Assembly: GCF_006345805.1 (NCBI RefSeq) | Contig: NC_043009.1 | Location: 32,426,001 to 32,490,000 of the forward strand | DNA length: 64,000 nt | Direction of reading: 5' to 3' | DNA from: Octopus sinensis | Taxonomy: Eukaryota | Part shown: positions 26,660 to 40,579 of the stretch, piece after piece | Layout of the letters: the number at the start of each line of letters is the position of its first letter | Numbering within the stretch: the stretch's first letter is position 1 | Translations under genes and position numbers: made by a program | Notes under the pieces: generated by a model | The model's input: the letters and a program-made list of their open reading frames with translations, nothing else | What the model was told of the DNA's origin: nothing | Databases searched by the model: none

Positions 26660-26972
26660 TAAAACAATCTTTGCAGATGATAAATTGATGTGGAAAGTCG
26701 TTAAATGTATATATCTACTTGTAAGGTAATAATGGTCCGAAGGTGCTAAAAAGCTAAGCATGCACAAATTATATTTCAATGCAATGTTGTGTGAGGAGTA
26801 CACTATGAACCCAAAAATACTTACTCCTGCATGTATAATTTCAATGGTTATAAATGTATGTATGTATACGATATAAACAGTAATCATGTGTGGTAATACA
26901 TGAAAGCATATGAAGCTATACATACACATACACATATATATATAGATATATATATACATATATGAAGAGGGG

Positions 26973-27052
26973 TGAGAGGTGAAGAAACTGGATTAAAAGA
27001 TAAGTTCTAATATGAGAGGTGAAGAAACTGGATTAAAAGATAAATTATAATA
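26973..27052. repeat. 40-bp tandem duplication
   Basis: TGAGAGGTGAAGAAACTGGATTAAAAGATAA(G/A)TT(C/A)TAATA twice, 2 mismatches. Confidence 0.9.
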
Positions 27053-28252
27053 TCTCTAGTTCTAGGTCTAACCTTTTTGTCGAAATTTATCTGAAATTAA
27101 TTAACTACACACCTAATATTAAGAGTGAAGACTAAAAAAGTCTAATTATTCTGGCAAAAAGGAACAGTAATGAAACGAAGAATTGACTCCATCAGACTGA
27201 TCAAAATCATTTCCTTATTTGCAATTTTCTTTTGCCATTTTCCTCTGCATCTATTTAGATTCTGAAATTAATTAACAATACATACAAATCATTTTTATTT
27301 TCTTTAATTAATTTATTTTTAATTTTTTTTCATTAATTAATTTTTTCCAAAAAGTTTCTACAACTAAATAACACTAATTTTATTTTGACTGTCAAGTAAC
27401 GTTGATCATGCATTTATAGCCTAAAGACTTAATGCGATAGTGGTTACTTAATTCTGTCACCATGAATTCTATTTACCATGGATCAACGTTTTCTACACTT
27501 TGAGTGTGTTTCTGTGCTGTATTGCAATTCCAAGGAAAAACAGAACACAGTTCTTTACTTGTTACTTAGGATTAGCTTGAAATTACAGGCATGAAAAATA
27601 TATTTTCTCTCAATAATAAACTTAGAGTATATACACCTTGAGCATTGTTTTACTTTTTATTAGAAATAATAATGGCGACACAAATAATTATGATTGTTTG
27701 ATATAACAATCATTATTTATGTTAACTGAAGCTCAGCTACACATGTTATGTTTCACTTTAACTCAAAATTGAAAAGAAAAGCCTGTTTTGTCTTTGTAAT
27801 GAAAATAAGTGTTGGTGGTTTCATTTAAGAACATGTGACCAAAAGTAAATAATATGAATAAGTTACATTCAGCAATCTAAACATATTCAAAAGCCATATT
27901 GGAATCTAGTCATTCAACTTATTCTGCTCTCATTTAGCAGCCGTTTCTCTCCAATTTCATCGACTGGGTTCATGTTTTCAAAGGATGGCTTAAAAATATT
28001 AAGTTCCTCTCTCCTGAAAGTCTCGACATCACGTGACGCAAGTTATTTCTTTGATCTCTTCCTACCCATTGTTGCCGATCTTACTACTGCCGTTGCGCTT
28101 GACTGTTCTGTACAGTGAGCTTCGTAAAAATCATCAATTTTTTCGCAGTCATTTTCATGTGATGTAACCACATCATCATCATAATTAGTTACGAAGAAGA
28201 TTATGCGGAAGGTTTATTTTCTTAAATCTAGTTGGTGGAAAATAATGAGAAA

Positions 28253-28616
28253 GGCGCAGGAGTGGCTGTATGGTAAGTAGCTTCCTTCCGGGTTCAGTCC
28301 TACTGCGTGTCACCTTCGGTAAGTGTCTTCTATGATAGCCTCGGGCTGACGAAAGCCTTCTAAGTGGATTTGGTTGACGGAAAATGAAAGAAGCCGTCGT
28401 ATATACATGTGTGGGGATATGTTTGTGTGTCTGTGTTTGTCCCCCAACATAACTTGACAAACGATGCCGGGTTGTTGATATACCCGTAACTTAGCGGTTC
28501 GATAAAAGAGACTGATAGAATAAGTACTAGGCTTACAAAGAATAAGTCCTGCGGTCGATTTGCTCGCCTAACGGCGGTGCTCCGTCATGGTCGCAGTCAA
28601 TTGACTGAAACAAAAG
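28253..28616 (+). mobile_element. SINE family A, full length, diverged
   Basis: GGCGCAGGAGTGGCTGTATGGTAAG head through GCAGTCAATTGACTGAAAC tail; small deletion in the head. Confidence 0.9.
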
Positions 28617-31600
28617 TTTATAATTCGGGATAGTCATGTTCTCTTCTTGCCAAATAGCTTACTAAGTTACCCGTTTCCAGTAAAAGACAAAGTATTTTCT
28701 CAAAATATATATAAGCTCCATAAAACATAGACCCATAACATAGACACGGATTTACTACAACACACATCCACACGCACATACACACACACGCACACACATG
28801 CATTGATATACATCACCGAGAGACCACAGTAAAGATCTTTGTTTTGCAAATTATTTATGACTTCCGAATTCTTCTTGTAACTTTGACATCCCTCAGCATC
28901 CGTACTGTCAATATATTTGAAGGAAGATACGTTTTTCGAGGTTTTATTACATCGTTACTATAGGAAGTACACGAGGCCTTCCAAGACAGAGTTAATAAAG
29001 AATGGCATATACGGATTCTTGTGCACATATTTATACCCGATCACTCACTCACGCCCTTCATATAAATACATGTGTATGTAAATGTTCATATATATGTGTG
29101 TATTTGTGTGTGTGTGTGTGTGTGCGTGTGAGTATGTGTCTGTGCACGCACGTGTGTGTTTACATGTGTGGGTGTGCCTGATAATATAGAGATTTTGAGA
29201 GATTTTACATGAAACACTTATGGTACTTGTACATCTAATTCTATACAATAGCTTATAAAACGAATTCTAAAATTCCAAAGAATCATAAATTCAAGTATAT
29301 TATATTGTAAATGAAGTTAGTTAAATTAGAAATGATACGCCATAAGTGAAAGATGTTAACGCTCTATATCATTTCGCTAATTTATGAAATTTCCTTAGAG
29401 CTGGATATTCAGGTAAGGAAATGATTTCCAAATATATTTTGTATAGGAATTATTTAAATAAATTTTCTACGTCTTAAAACCAAATTATATGTACATTTTT
29501 TAAAAAATAAATTTAATGTTTCGATTCATAACTTTGTTACTTTGAAAGTATAGAAATCAATTTACCATTCATCAGAATTTATTACGAAATCAGATTTAAA
29601 ATCTCTGATATTTCTTCCGTTTTATCCTAATGTCGCTCTATTGAATCTTTCTAATAATATTATTGATACATTAAATTAGAGAAACATTTTAATAGATGAC
29701 CTTCAAATCTTGGAAATATATTCTAAGGGAAACCAACAGCAAGGGCAAAAGTCACGGAGCTTTTCTCTTTTTTTTGTTTGGTTCCCGGTAGATAAATACA
29801 CATTTTCGTGTTAAACAACCAATATAATTTTGCTTCTGATAATTAGAAAATACGTGTATGTATTTCTCAACTATACCCTTTAGCTGACATCTTGCTTTAA
29901 GTGATCATAACATCTATATGCAATATACTTTTCACCTCAGTTATTTCATATTAGTTGAAAGAATCATTAGGAAGTCGGAAAAATTAGTAGACTAGATTCC
30001 AGACACGTTGGTTCTCATTTCGAATCACACTGAACTCCAGCTCACAGTTTGTCTTACCGTTGTCAAAAACATAAGGCACTCACATGTACGCAGATCGATT
30101 TAGTCGATCGCAAATTTTTGCTAACATCCAATGGACTAGCATGATACAGTATGTCCACAAAACCCCCTATATATTCCGAAGCAAATGCCTGTTCTTAATG
30201 AACAAAAATCCCGAAAAGTCGGTTCAGACTGCCACATCGACGGCTAGTCTATTCTATAACAACTAATACGCACCAATGAAGTACATGTATCAGCATCTAC
30301 AAATATTTATGAGGAACATGTGATATTATAAAACCTGAAGATGAAAGACCAAATGCTGAAAATTAAAGATAAACATTGAAAGAATATTTACTTAATTATA
30401 TGAGTGAGTGAAGGTGTGAGTGGAAGAGAGAAAGAGGGTGAATGAGAAAAAGAAAGAGGGAGTGAGAGAGAGTTTTGATTCGAGCTAGGGATTGCAACTT
30501 ACACTTCTTTGTATGTATCTAAGGTGGATGATAATGAGAACAAAATCTATTGATTGGAATATGCTGCAATACTTATTTCCACTGTGAATACGTTTCGATC
30601 AGCAAAGGACCTTAGAGGCTATGAAACTCTTGTGTAATACAGAGTATAAGAGAAAGGAAAACCTGTGTTACCAACACATGCACCTCAAGCCAGCTTAGCT
30701 GAAGGACATACAAATAAGTGGTAATAGAGCATCTGTATAGGACTTGAGAATGAATAGAGATCTAATATTGTGAATTCACAATAGATTAGGTTAATTTTTC
30801 CAATTCAGTACATAATGATTTTCTCAATGAGCATTTAGTTTGAATACAAAATATAGAAATCGGATCATAGGGCAAAGAGAATGAAAGCTATGCTAATATC
30901 AGCTTTGGAACAACACTACATAATCATATTATTTTAATTATTTACTATAATGAAATCAACACATTTAGCTCTTGGGTTGAGAGATCTTGATTTCAGCATC
31001 GTTTGATAACAAAACGCCATGATATTAATCTATGACTTAATTTTCTTTATTATTAATAATAGCAACGTATCAATTACAAATGAAATATCTGAAACACCAT
31101 ATTCCTTAATTTACGGAGTTTATTAAATAAACTATTAACCGACCAGCCATATGCGGCAGGATAGCTTCTTGCAGAGTGAAACGTTATGCTGCTTCCAATT
31201 ATGTGATAGATGTAAGTATTATGAATATGAAAAGTAACAAAATAATAACCAAGAGTAATCTAGGATATTTGAAACTGACTAAGTTGTAAATTCTTTGTCC
31301 TTCAGTCATTCCAAATTATACCAGTAAAGGAGGTGAACAAAAATATCTTCATCGATGAAAAACGTTTAAAGTTTTCAGGAGCATTAGAACAACACATGTA
31401 AAAAAATTGTAGAAAAATTGATATATTTGAATCTTACCAATCGGATTGGTATCTTTTCTGTAATAAGGTGTAAACTATTGAGAGGAAACAACTTTTCTAT
31501 ACTTTCATATTTGAGTTAAAATGGAGGAATGATGCAACTGAGGTGCTGTACTGAAATTATGTCATATCGGTTATTGTCTTTTAATTTAGGTAAATTGGAG

Positions 31601-32425
31601 CAGCATCACATCACCATTACAAAGAGGGGATTGGTAACAATTTGGTTTAACAAGTTATTGTATATAAAGATTTATTCAAAGTAAAATTGTTTTAAAGACT
31701 GAATCATATAACATAATTGTTCGTAAGATTTCGCAGTAGTTTTGCTGCTGATATTTCCCACAGGATTCATGTGTGTTGTTTCAAGAGTAGAGCAACCCTC
31801 TGCCAAATGAATATTTCCCAGGTGCCAGTGAGACTTCTAACAAATCAGTGCATCATATACGTTATAATGCGTCCGTCACATACGACAACAAGGCTATTAA
31901 TCATGTTATGTGTATTATAGAAGATGACTAGTAGCAGCCATTAACTGAATCGACCTTCTTGTGCGAGGATACAAATAATTTTTGTTGATCATTGTATTCG
32001 TTCATTTGATCAACAGCGCATTCTTACGTAGTTATCATTGTTACAAAACTTGCAGTGAAATTCATCATGTTGGCGCATCAGTTTATTGCACGTGTATCAG
32101 CCTCCTTACATTCATTCCAATAGTTAATCAGACACTTATTCCATTAAGCAACAGAGAGTTAATAATTAAGTTAAAGGTTTCCACAATAATAATCTACAAG
32201 AATTTATTCCATCAAATTAATGAGGGGATCTCTCGATTTATATCAGCGAATATTTGATCCCAAGTGGATGGCATGAAAGCATCTCTCTTCACATTATTTT
32301 AACTGTATATGTAATCACTTATTTGAGTGCTTGTAATCTCTTTCAAATGTAACCCAGCAAGACATGCTTTCCTAATTATCAGTGTAAGCTAGACACATTA
32401 CATATATGTATGTGTATATATATAC

Positions 32426-32575
<150 letters not shown>

Positions 32576-33041
32576 ATGCGTGAGTGTGAATGTGCGTATA
32601 CTATATGTGTACTCATATTCTTGTCCTGTAATTATTAGAATTTATATTAGGTGTTAATAACTCTTCTTAAATAGCAAGCATGACGTATTATCTAGCAAAT
32701 ATTTATTCTCATAAAACAATAACTAATTAGAAGGCACTTTCTGTTTTCGGAATGATTTCGGAAAAACTCATTCTTCGACAACACAGCTGATACACAGGAC
32801 GTAAAATGGTCTATAATTCAATTGTCTCTACCTGTATATTATTTACTTTTCTACACAGATACACCTTCTAAGAACTGAACACAATCAATCTTCATTTATA
32901 TGAAGCAAATGGCAAAAATATATCCACTGAGTTAAATATATTTGTGCATGTATTGTGCATGAAAGATTTTCACATATATTGCTTTATAAATGAAATATTT
33001 AAGCATTAAAAATTGTAAAACAAAATTAGTTTTAAAAATGA

Positions 33042-33091
<50 letters not shown>

Positions 33092-33099
33092 TATATATA

Positions 33100-33145
<46 letters not shown>

Positions 33146-35021
33146 GGGGAGAAATAGAGAGATAAAGAGATAGAGAGGGAGAGGAGCATGAAGTCACGAA
33201 ATAGAGATGTAGAGAATTGTGAATATAATGATGGTGTTGCATGTGTAGAAAAGAGTACTTACTTAAAATGAAATGTTGTTTTACATTAAGAAAACTACGC
33301 GTAATAGATTTATGATTATGCGCGAATGTGTTCGCGTATGTGCAGGTAGGTGCAACTATACATCAGTATATATGATTTTCTCTTTTGTTAGAAAATAAAA
33401 ATACAAGGAAGAATAAATATTGCATTTTTATTACCCCATTACAAGATACTTGTCAATAAGCTGGTAACATTTTCATGATGAACTGATGGTTTTAAGATTT
33501 TCAATTTTCAATATCAATTTACCAGATCATTTCATTAACAAAATATATAAGGAGTGAAAGATAAATCAAAATACCTCACAACATTCTAACTACTCCTCCC
33601 CACAAAACAGAAAAATACCAAAATGCATAAATCAGTAAATTACAATAAAAGTGACAAAAAAGCAAAATCTGTCTTTCTTCCCAAACAATTATTAATTAGC
33701 CATTTATATTTTGTCTATTTTCCTTTTTCTCTTAAGCATCTTCTCATATATGATTGTCTTCATTTTTTAACAGAAATTTGAGACAAAGAAGCGATTGTTC
33801 ATTTATATTGTCAATAATTTTTTTTCCTTTTTGTTTGCAATTTGATGTATGCATTTTCTTTAAAAGAAACTTCATTTTCATTGGGTTTATATTTCGCAAT
33901 TATTTCCCTTTCATTTTATTATTTAAATAATTAAAAAGAATACTACAATACGATTAATTATGTTCCATTTTAGCGTTTCATTTCTTATTGTCTTTTATTG
34001 CATTATGATTTAACATTTTGCTATAGATAATTAACCATATATTTCATGAATAAGTTATTCGCACAGATTAATTCGGAATTCGTAGATTTATATCTTTATT
34101 TAATAAACCACATCTTTAGAAGTTCAGGTCAGATTAATCAATATTTTTGAAAATAAAAGAATGTTAAGTAAAATAAAACTTCACAGAAGTAAAATGAATT
34201 CCTATAAATATATTTGAGATTTAAGTGGTTGCATTGTGTGTTGTACATTACACTTCTTGCCTCACTGAATAAATTAAGAATTCTCATGATTAATTGGTTA
34301 GCATTAGCAGTAAAAATCCGACTGAAGAAGATTTTATTTCGAAATCTAACACAAAATATACAGATTTCGAGAATAGTTGAACCTGTAAGTGCATACAAAA
34401 TATTATTGCAGAGATGTCTTAATGTTGTATTAAAGAGAAAATAAAAAGATATTAAAAATAAACAATAAAAGCTATTTAATTTGATCTTTTTACAAAAATA
34501 TATCTTTAATTTCTCTGGTGACAATTGGCTGCTCTGACAGCTGGTGGATTTCATAGAATGTCTGTCTTCCAATTAAATTATCACTGTTTACTTTTAATTC
34601 TATCAACAGGACTATTTTGTACGTGACCAAATCATTTAGCTGGAAATAATTGGCTTAGTGCAATTAATTCGAAATACAAGTTTGTATTCCATTTTAAAGT
34701 GAAAATATTATGCAGCTGACAAATCTTATCATTGCATGTAGAACTGTATAGAATCCAGGCTTATCATGGAAATAATCTGTTGATCATTTCGGTCGTGTGA
34801 ATCTAGCTTTATCTTAGTTTTATTAGAATACCAAGGCCTTAGGTAAATCGTATTCTAAATTTTGAACTTGAATAATGTGACATTCGAATGCATATATACA
34901 TGATAATATCAACCATCAGGAAATGGTCGATATTAGTATATAAAATCTGTCTGGACAGCCAGACTAACAACAGCGTAGAACAAAATTCGGGAGTATTCCT
35001 CCGCATTCCTTGAATTGTGGT

Positions 35022-35122
35022 ATTGTTGATTTTGTCTTTTATCTAACAGAAACTGATAAAATGGAAAATCTTATATTTTCCATTTTATCAGTTTCTGTTA
35101 GATAAAAGACAAAATCAACAAT
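35022..35122. repeat. Perfect inverted repeat, 48-bp arms, 5-nt loop
   Basis: 35022-35069 is the exact reverse complement of 35075-35122; loop CTTAT. Confidence 0.95.
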
Positions 35123-36682
35123 GTTTTTAACCAATTTCACCTTTCTCAAATTTCCGCTTTTGTGTTAATATATGCAATAATATTAATGCGTTATGTTCAA
35201 ATATTTTGAATATTGCGTGTACATACTGAAAATAACCGTAGATGTTTAAAAGAAAAGAAAAACACTTAAGTGATGAGTTTATAACGGTAAAACGCTTTAA
35301 CAAGCAGCATATCATCATGGTTTTCTTTTAAACGCTGAAGTATATTTTTGTTCTTTTGCATCGTTAAACAAATGCAAAAGCAAAACCAAAACAAAAGCGC
35401 TGGTGAGATGTATTTGAAATGAACTTGGAACTTGTAATATTAAAATACTGCGTGAATAAGGCTAAATATATGAAGAAACATGAAATTTATAAATTTATTA
35501 AGGTTTAACCATTTTTATTATAAATTGCAATTATTTTTCTTTACTTTTCAGAATTTCAATCACAGAAAGTATATTTATAAGGTTCATAATTTGTAAATTA
35601 GTTTTCTTTCACGATACGTAAACTGATAAGCTACTTTTACATCGAATAAATTGTTTTGATTTGTTTCTCTATATAAACGCCATTCATTTTGATTTTTATA
35701 TGCAAACGCTTTAAAATACAGGGCAGCTACATACAGAAATGTACATTATAGAAAACCTTGTCATTTTAACATCATAATATTTCCACCTAATTATTCCTAT
35801 TCTACATATAGTTTCTTCAACTGGAATACGTTCCACCAAATATAATTAAATAAATGACAGTTAAGGCAATTTCCGTATTTCCAATTCGAAGAAATGTCTT
35901 TATTACCTTTATTACCTCGGTTGGAAGCATTTTGGGAAATGATTCTTTTAAGATTATCAAACAAATATTGAAGTTGTGAATTTTCGGCAAGTTACACGTC
36001 TATATGTCTCTCTCCTCTTCGCTACCACTTCTTCCTCCCTCAACTCTCTTCCATACATACACACACGCATATTCAAATATGAAAGCACACATATACCCTC
36101 AAATAAAACATTCATATCTCCTCTTGGCTACTCTCAATTCCTGTCACTCTTTTGCTTTCTGTTTATATCAATGATAATTCCTGTATTTATGTATGCTGAA
36201 GCACTTCTATGATATACGAGGGTATAGTGGGAGCAATTACTGAAATAGTCAAAGCTACATTGAATCCTTGAAGACTAATAAAATAACTGCTTATTGAATT
36301 ATGGCCATATCTGCTTCCTTCAGCCTATGTAGCTCTTCCATAACAATATGGTATAAGTTTTAGCTTACACGCTCCGAAATACTACCATCTTGTCAAGATT
36401 ATAGGAATATCTGACTATTTGAAGTTTGGGTAAAATGATTCTAGACAGAAGAGAGAGAGAGAGTTGGGTATTTGAAAAGTTTTCCATAACAACTGTTACA
36501 CTGAGCTAAACGTAAAAGCTAAGGTATAGTCAATAATATCTGTCGTCCATCATTGATTTTTATTCTCATATAGAGAATTGTAACTTATCAGTCTCTTGCA
36601 AGCGAGGGCGCGTCGGTAGCTTCTGTTAAGGATTCGCTAATTGTTTGAAGGTGTTTAAGTAGACACCAACAGACATGGATTC

Positions 36683-37308
36683 CAGTGGCGGCTCTTGTAT
36701 AGGCACTGTGGAACTGTAGCATCCCCTATTTCCACTCGATATTATCGATAACAGACTCTTTTTTTTCTTTAATTATTTACTTTAATCCTTGTATAGAACT
36801 GTGCGCTTCACAGATCCAGCGACGCGGTGTTTGGCTGGCGTGCGCATGCTCACATGTCCGAGATAGGAAGTTGCACGCTAGGGAGAGAGAGCATTGTTGT
36901 TCACGCAGTACCGACCCTGGTGTGCTGATGAAAGGAAGGTAGTGTTTCTTTTTGACACCATGTGTTGTGCTTAAAAACGTGTTTATATTCTTAAATGTGA
37001 TAAAATATAGAATTAGATTATTATTTTGCTTCCAGCTATAGTGTTGTTGCTAGGATCTGAAAAATAGGGCAGATTTTCCGCTCCTTATTTTGTGATTTAA
37101 GGGGGATTTTTGAAAAACAAGGGGGAATTCGTGGCGATGTTCAGTGAATAAATTAAACACACTACTCGGCTGTGGCTAAAACGCGAACGGATCAAATTTA
37201 TATATAATGTTTCTTTTTATGTTTGTCTCATTTTACAGGATATTAAAAGAACAGCAATAAATTTTCTGAAGCAGCACCCCCACAAATTTTATCTACGAGC
37301 CGTCAGCG
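36683..37308. mobile_element. Non-autonomous hAT-type element
   Basis: Imperfect TIRs CAGTGGCGGCTC / GAGCCGTCAGCG (9/12); 8-bp TSD ATGGATTC / ATTGATAC (6/8); CpG-rich interior. Confidence 0.6.
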
Positions 37309-37320
37309 ATTGATACACCC

Positions 37321-37553
37321 TCTGTGGTGCTACCATACATGAACGAGTGGTGTAGGGAGGTTGTGGAAGTTAAAGGTAGGGTGCAGTGCACTAGACTACT
37401 ACTCGAGTGGTATAATTTTCTGCTGAGCAGATTTGCAGCAACTTGAAAGAATTGCCATAACTCAAGACACAATGCCTCACCCGGCCCAGAAATTGATCAC
37501 TTGCATCCACACTGAGAATACTAAGTTTTTAATCACTTGACCACGTGCCCTAC
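37321..37553 (-). mobile_element. Old tRNA-headed SINE (third family), degenerate
   Basis: Reverse complement starts GGCACGTGGTCAAGTGATTAA (A-box-like) ... TCAATTTCTGGGCCGGG...GCATTGTGTCTTGAG. Confidence 0.4.
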
Positions 37554-39467
37554 ATTTGGAGATATTTTGCCAGTATTAAAACATGAGTTTTTCTTAAATT
37601 AAGGCAAAAGAGTATTATTTTTACAGTCTAAACTTTCTTTCTGGCAGCAAATGTGTCCTAGTTTTCCCACATAACTGAAACATTGTTACGATGTTTGTTT
37701 GATTTTTTGTTTTGTTTGTTTTATCGGATTGTAAAAAATACAGTTGATAAATATTACTTCAGAAGGATCCCCAACATGCATTAAATGTATCAAACGGATG
37801 TTCAGTTTAAACATCTGTAGTTAGTTATTTGCATGGTAAGGCAAAAAAGTTGTCAACTTCGCTTTTCTTTCTTCCAAAGATCGATAAAATAAATACCAAT
37901 GAAGTAAAGTAGTCGAACAAATCGACTCTATCTCCTAAAATATGTGACCTTGAGTGAAGTAAATAAATCAATAACTTCCTTATTATAAACAAGTGTAGTA
38001 TGAGCAACCATAACTATTTAACAATATCACTTCCAAAATATGTAACATCACAAAGAACTGATTCTCTAACATTTTTCCCGTTTTATTTTTTTGTTTCTTT
38101 CCCCTCTCCACTTCATCTCACTTTTCCATGACACTTTTAACAAAGTCATTTGAGTAGAATAAACAGAGAAACAGAATAGACTCTGATAAAGCATTCACAA
38201 GCAATGATACAGAGAAAAGCCGCGGCCATTTTAAAGTTGTATAAATAATAAATTCACTGGAAGTGCAGTAAAGAATTTATTGAAAATTATTCTTATATTC
38301 TCAATGTAATTCCATAGAGAGCGATGGCAAACAAACCACAGAGACAAGACTCGGCTTAATTGGACCATTCCTTCTTATATTTTAGTAAAGAAATTTTCAT
38401 AAATAGGCTCCCATTGTAGTAGTGTTCTAAACCAAAAGCTGTAGATTTCCTTCAATAGTATAATTAGCAAGGAGAACAGAATTTCCAATCCATTTCAATG
38501 GTTGTTTTTTTCTTTCCATTATTATAGATCTTTGCTTAACTTTTTCATTCTGTATATTCTTCACCTTCTTTCCTTTGGCTTCTTCGAATTATTGTTGTTA
38601 TTGTTGTTGTTGTCGTCATCATCATCATCATCATCATCATCATTGCTATTATTATTAGTACTACTACTAGAATTTACACTGTTATGGTTAGGGCATCAAC
38701 ATTATAACGATTTTGGATACTTTTGTGTTGACAGGGACTAAAAATACCTTCAGATTTGGTTGAATAGTATACAGTATTTAGTGCCATCGTTACTAGTTTT
38801 CGCGCTCAAATTATGTACGGATTGGCTCTCTCGTATCCATACGTGATCAACAGAAAAATATGACACCATTTATGTATACAAAACCTTTTGTTCAGCCCTT
38901 TTGAGTGCCCTGCTACCTCGATAATCAGATATAGCTCTTCTAGTTTTCTTATGGGTATATATTGAAGACAGATTCTACCGTACAACAATTCCAAACCGCA
39001 ATAATCCCAAGAAAAGTATACGCCAAGCAATATCCAGCGTTGATTAGGCTATGCTCCAACGTTTATGGTGAGAAATTAAGCATCCTCTAGATGTGCAGCT
39101 TGCGACGAATAAAACCCACATGGAAGCCTTCTGCTGTTTCTAACAAAACTTTGCGAAGGGGCACTTCGTAAAGGCAGAGGAAGCGCTTATTTTAGATCAG
39201 GTATGGTTGTATAAGAAGATTTCTTCACAACCACGTGGTTCCTTCCCACTGCATGAGAAACCTTGGATAAATCTTTTCTCAATTTCTCCAATTGTAGTGG
39301 TAATGTATAAACACTCGATATGGTAAACGCATAGAACCGAAGCTCAACACCTGATTGTAGTCATTAATACTATTCGCCATTGAAAAGTCAGTCCAGAATC
39401 TCGGAATTTGAATTTAGGCCCGAGATAGTTTTTTTTATTCAATCAAAATGAACAGGTGATATTCAAA

Positions 39468-39922
39468 TTTCTTCTTCTTCTTCTTCTTCTTCTTCTTCTT
39501 CTTCTTCTTCTTCTTCTTCTTCTTCTTCTTCTTCTTCTTCTTCTTTTTCTTCTTCTTCTTTTCTTCTTCTTCTTCTTCTTCTTCTCCTACTCCTCCTCTT
39601 CCACCTCCTCCTCATCCTCCTCCTCCTCCTCCTCCTCCTTCTTCTTCTTCTTCTTCTTCTTCTTCTTCTTCGTCTCCTACTCCTCCTCCTCCACCACCTC
39701 CTCCTCCTTCTTCTTATCCTTCTCCTACTCCTCCTCCTCCTCCTCCTCCTCCACCACCTCCTCCTCCTCCTCCTTCTTCTTCTTCTTCTTCTTCTCCTCC
39801 TACTCCTCCTCCTTCACCTCCTCCTCCTCCTTCTTCTTCTTCTTCTTCTTCTTCTTCTATTTCTTCTTCTTCTCCTTCTCCTTCTCCTCCTCCCCCTCCT
39901 TATTCATCTTCTTCTTCTTCTC
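39468..39922. repeat. (CTT)n/(CCT)n polypyrimidine tract, ~455 bp
   Basis: Visible; source of the poly-L/F/S ORF. Confidence 0.95.
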
Positions 39923-40262
39923 CGTCTGTTTCTAAAATCACTAGAAGAGAAAAATAGAAGAGAAAGCATATCGTGTGGCGAGAGAGATTACGTCCAGTTG
40001 CCTGGACGTCCTATCCCAAAAAGACAGAGACGGGAAAACTGGCACTTAGTCAAGTGTGATTTTTTTTTGTACTGTAATTATCTCTCGTGTGTTTACGTAC
40101 TTTTCACTCACTGGTGATGTTCTGTACTTGATGTGTATTTAAAATTATTTATAATTGAACGCAACGCAGACTTTGTCAGCAGTAAGTTTATACATTTGTG
40201 TGTGTTTGTACGTGTGCGTGTAGGGAGGTATATATTATATATATATATAATATATACGCATA

Positions 40263-40339
<77 letters not shown>

Positions 40340-40343
40340 GCAT

Positions 40344-40387
<44 letters not shown>

Positions 40388-40492
40388 TATATATATATAA
40401 TTAGATAGATACAAACATATTTACATACATAGACAGACATACAGCAGAGCGATACATAGATAGATAACATATATACAAACATAGACAGATAC

Positions 40493-40579
<87 letters not shown>
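40493..40579. repeat. (GATA)n microsatellite
   Basis: Visible; further GATA/TATC runs at ~42348-42419, ~45637-45725 and ~61455-61529. Confidence 0.95.

Noticed and set aside
26276-26959. Longest ORF in the track (227 aa)
   Set aside because: It runs through TA/TG microsatellites, which lack stops in that frame, and has no domain signal.
26973-27052. Direct repeats as a possible CRISPR array
   Set aside because: Only two adjacent units, no spacers, no cas genes, and a eukaryotic context.
31980-32150. Minus-strand CKEADTRAI, resembling the HEEADTR motif of some DNA transposon proteins
   Set aside because: A single short motif among many stops.
34138-34572. 144-aa minus-strand ORF
   Set aside because: No recognisable motif, composition typical of AT-rich noise, and about one ORF of this length is expected by chance across six frames.
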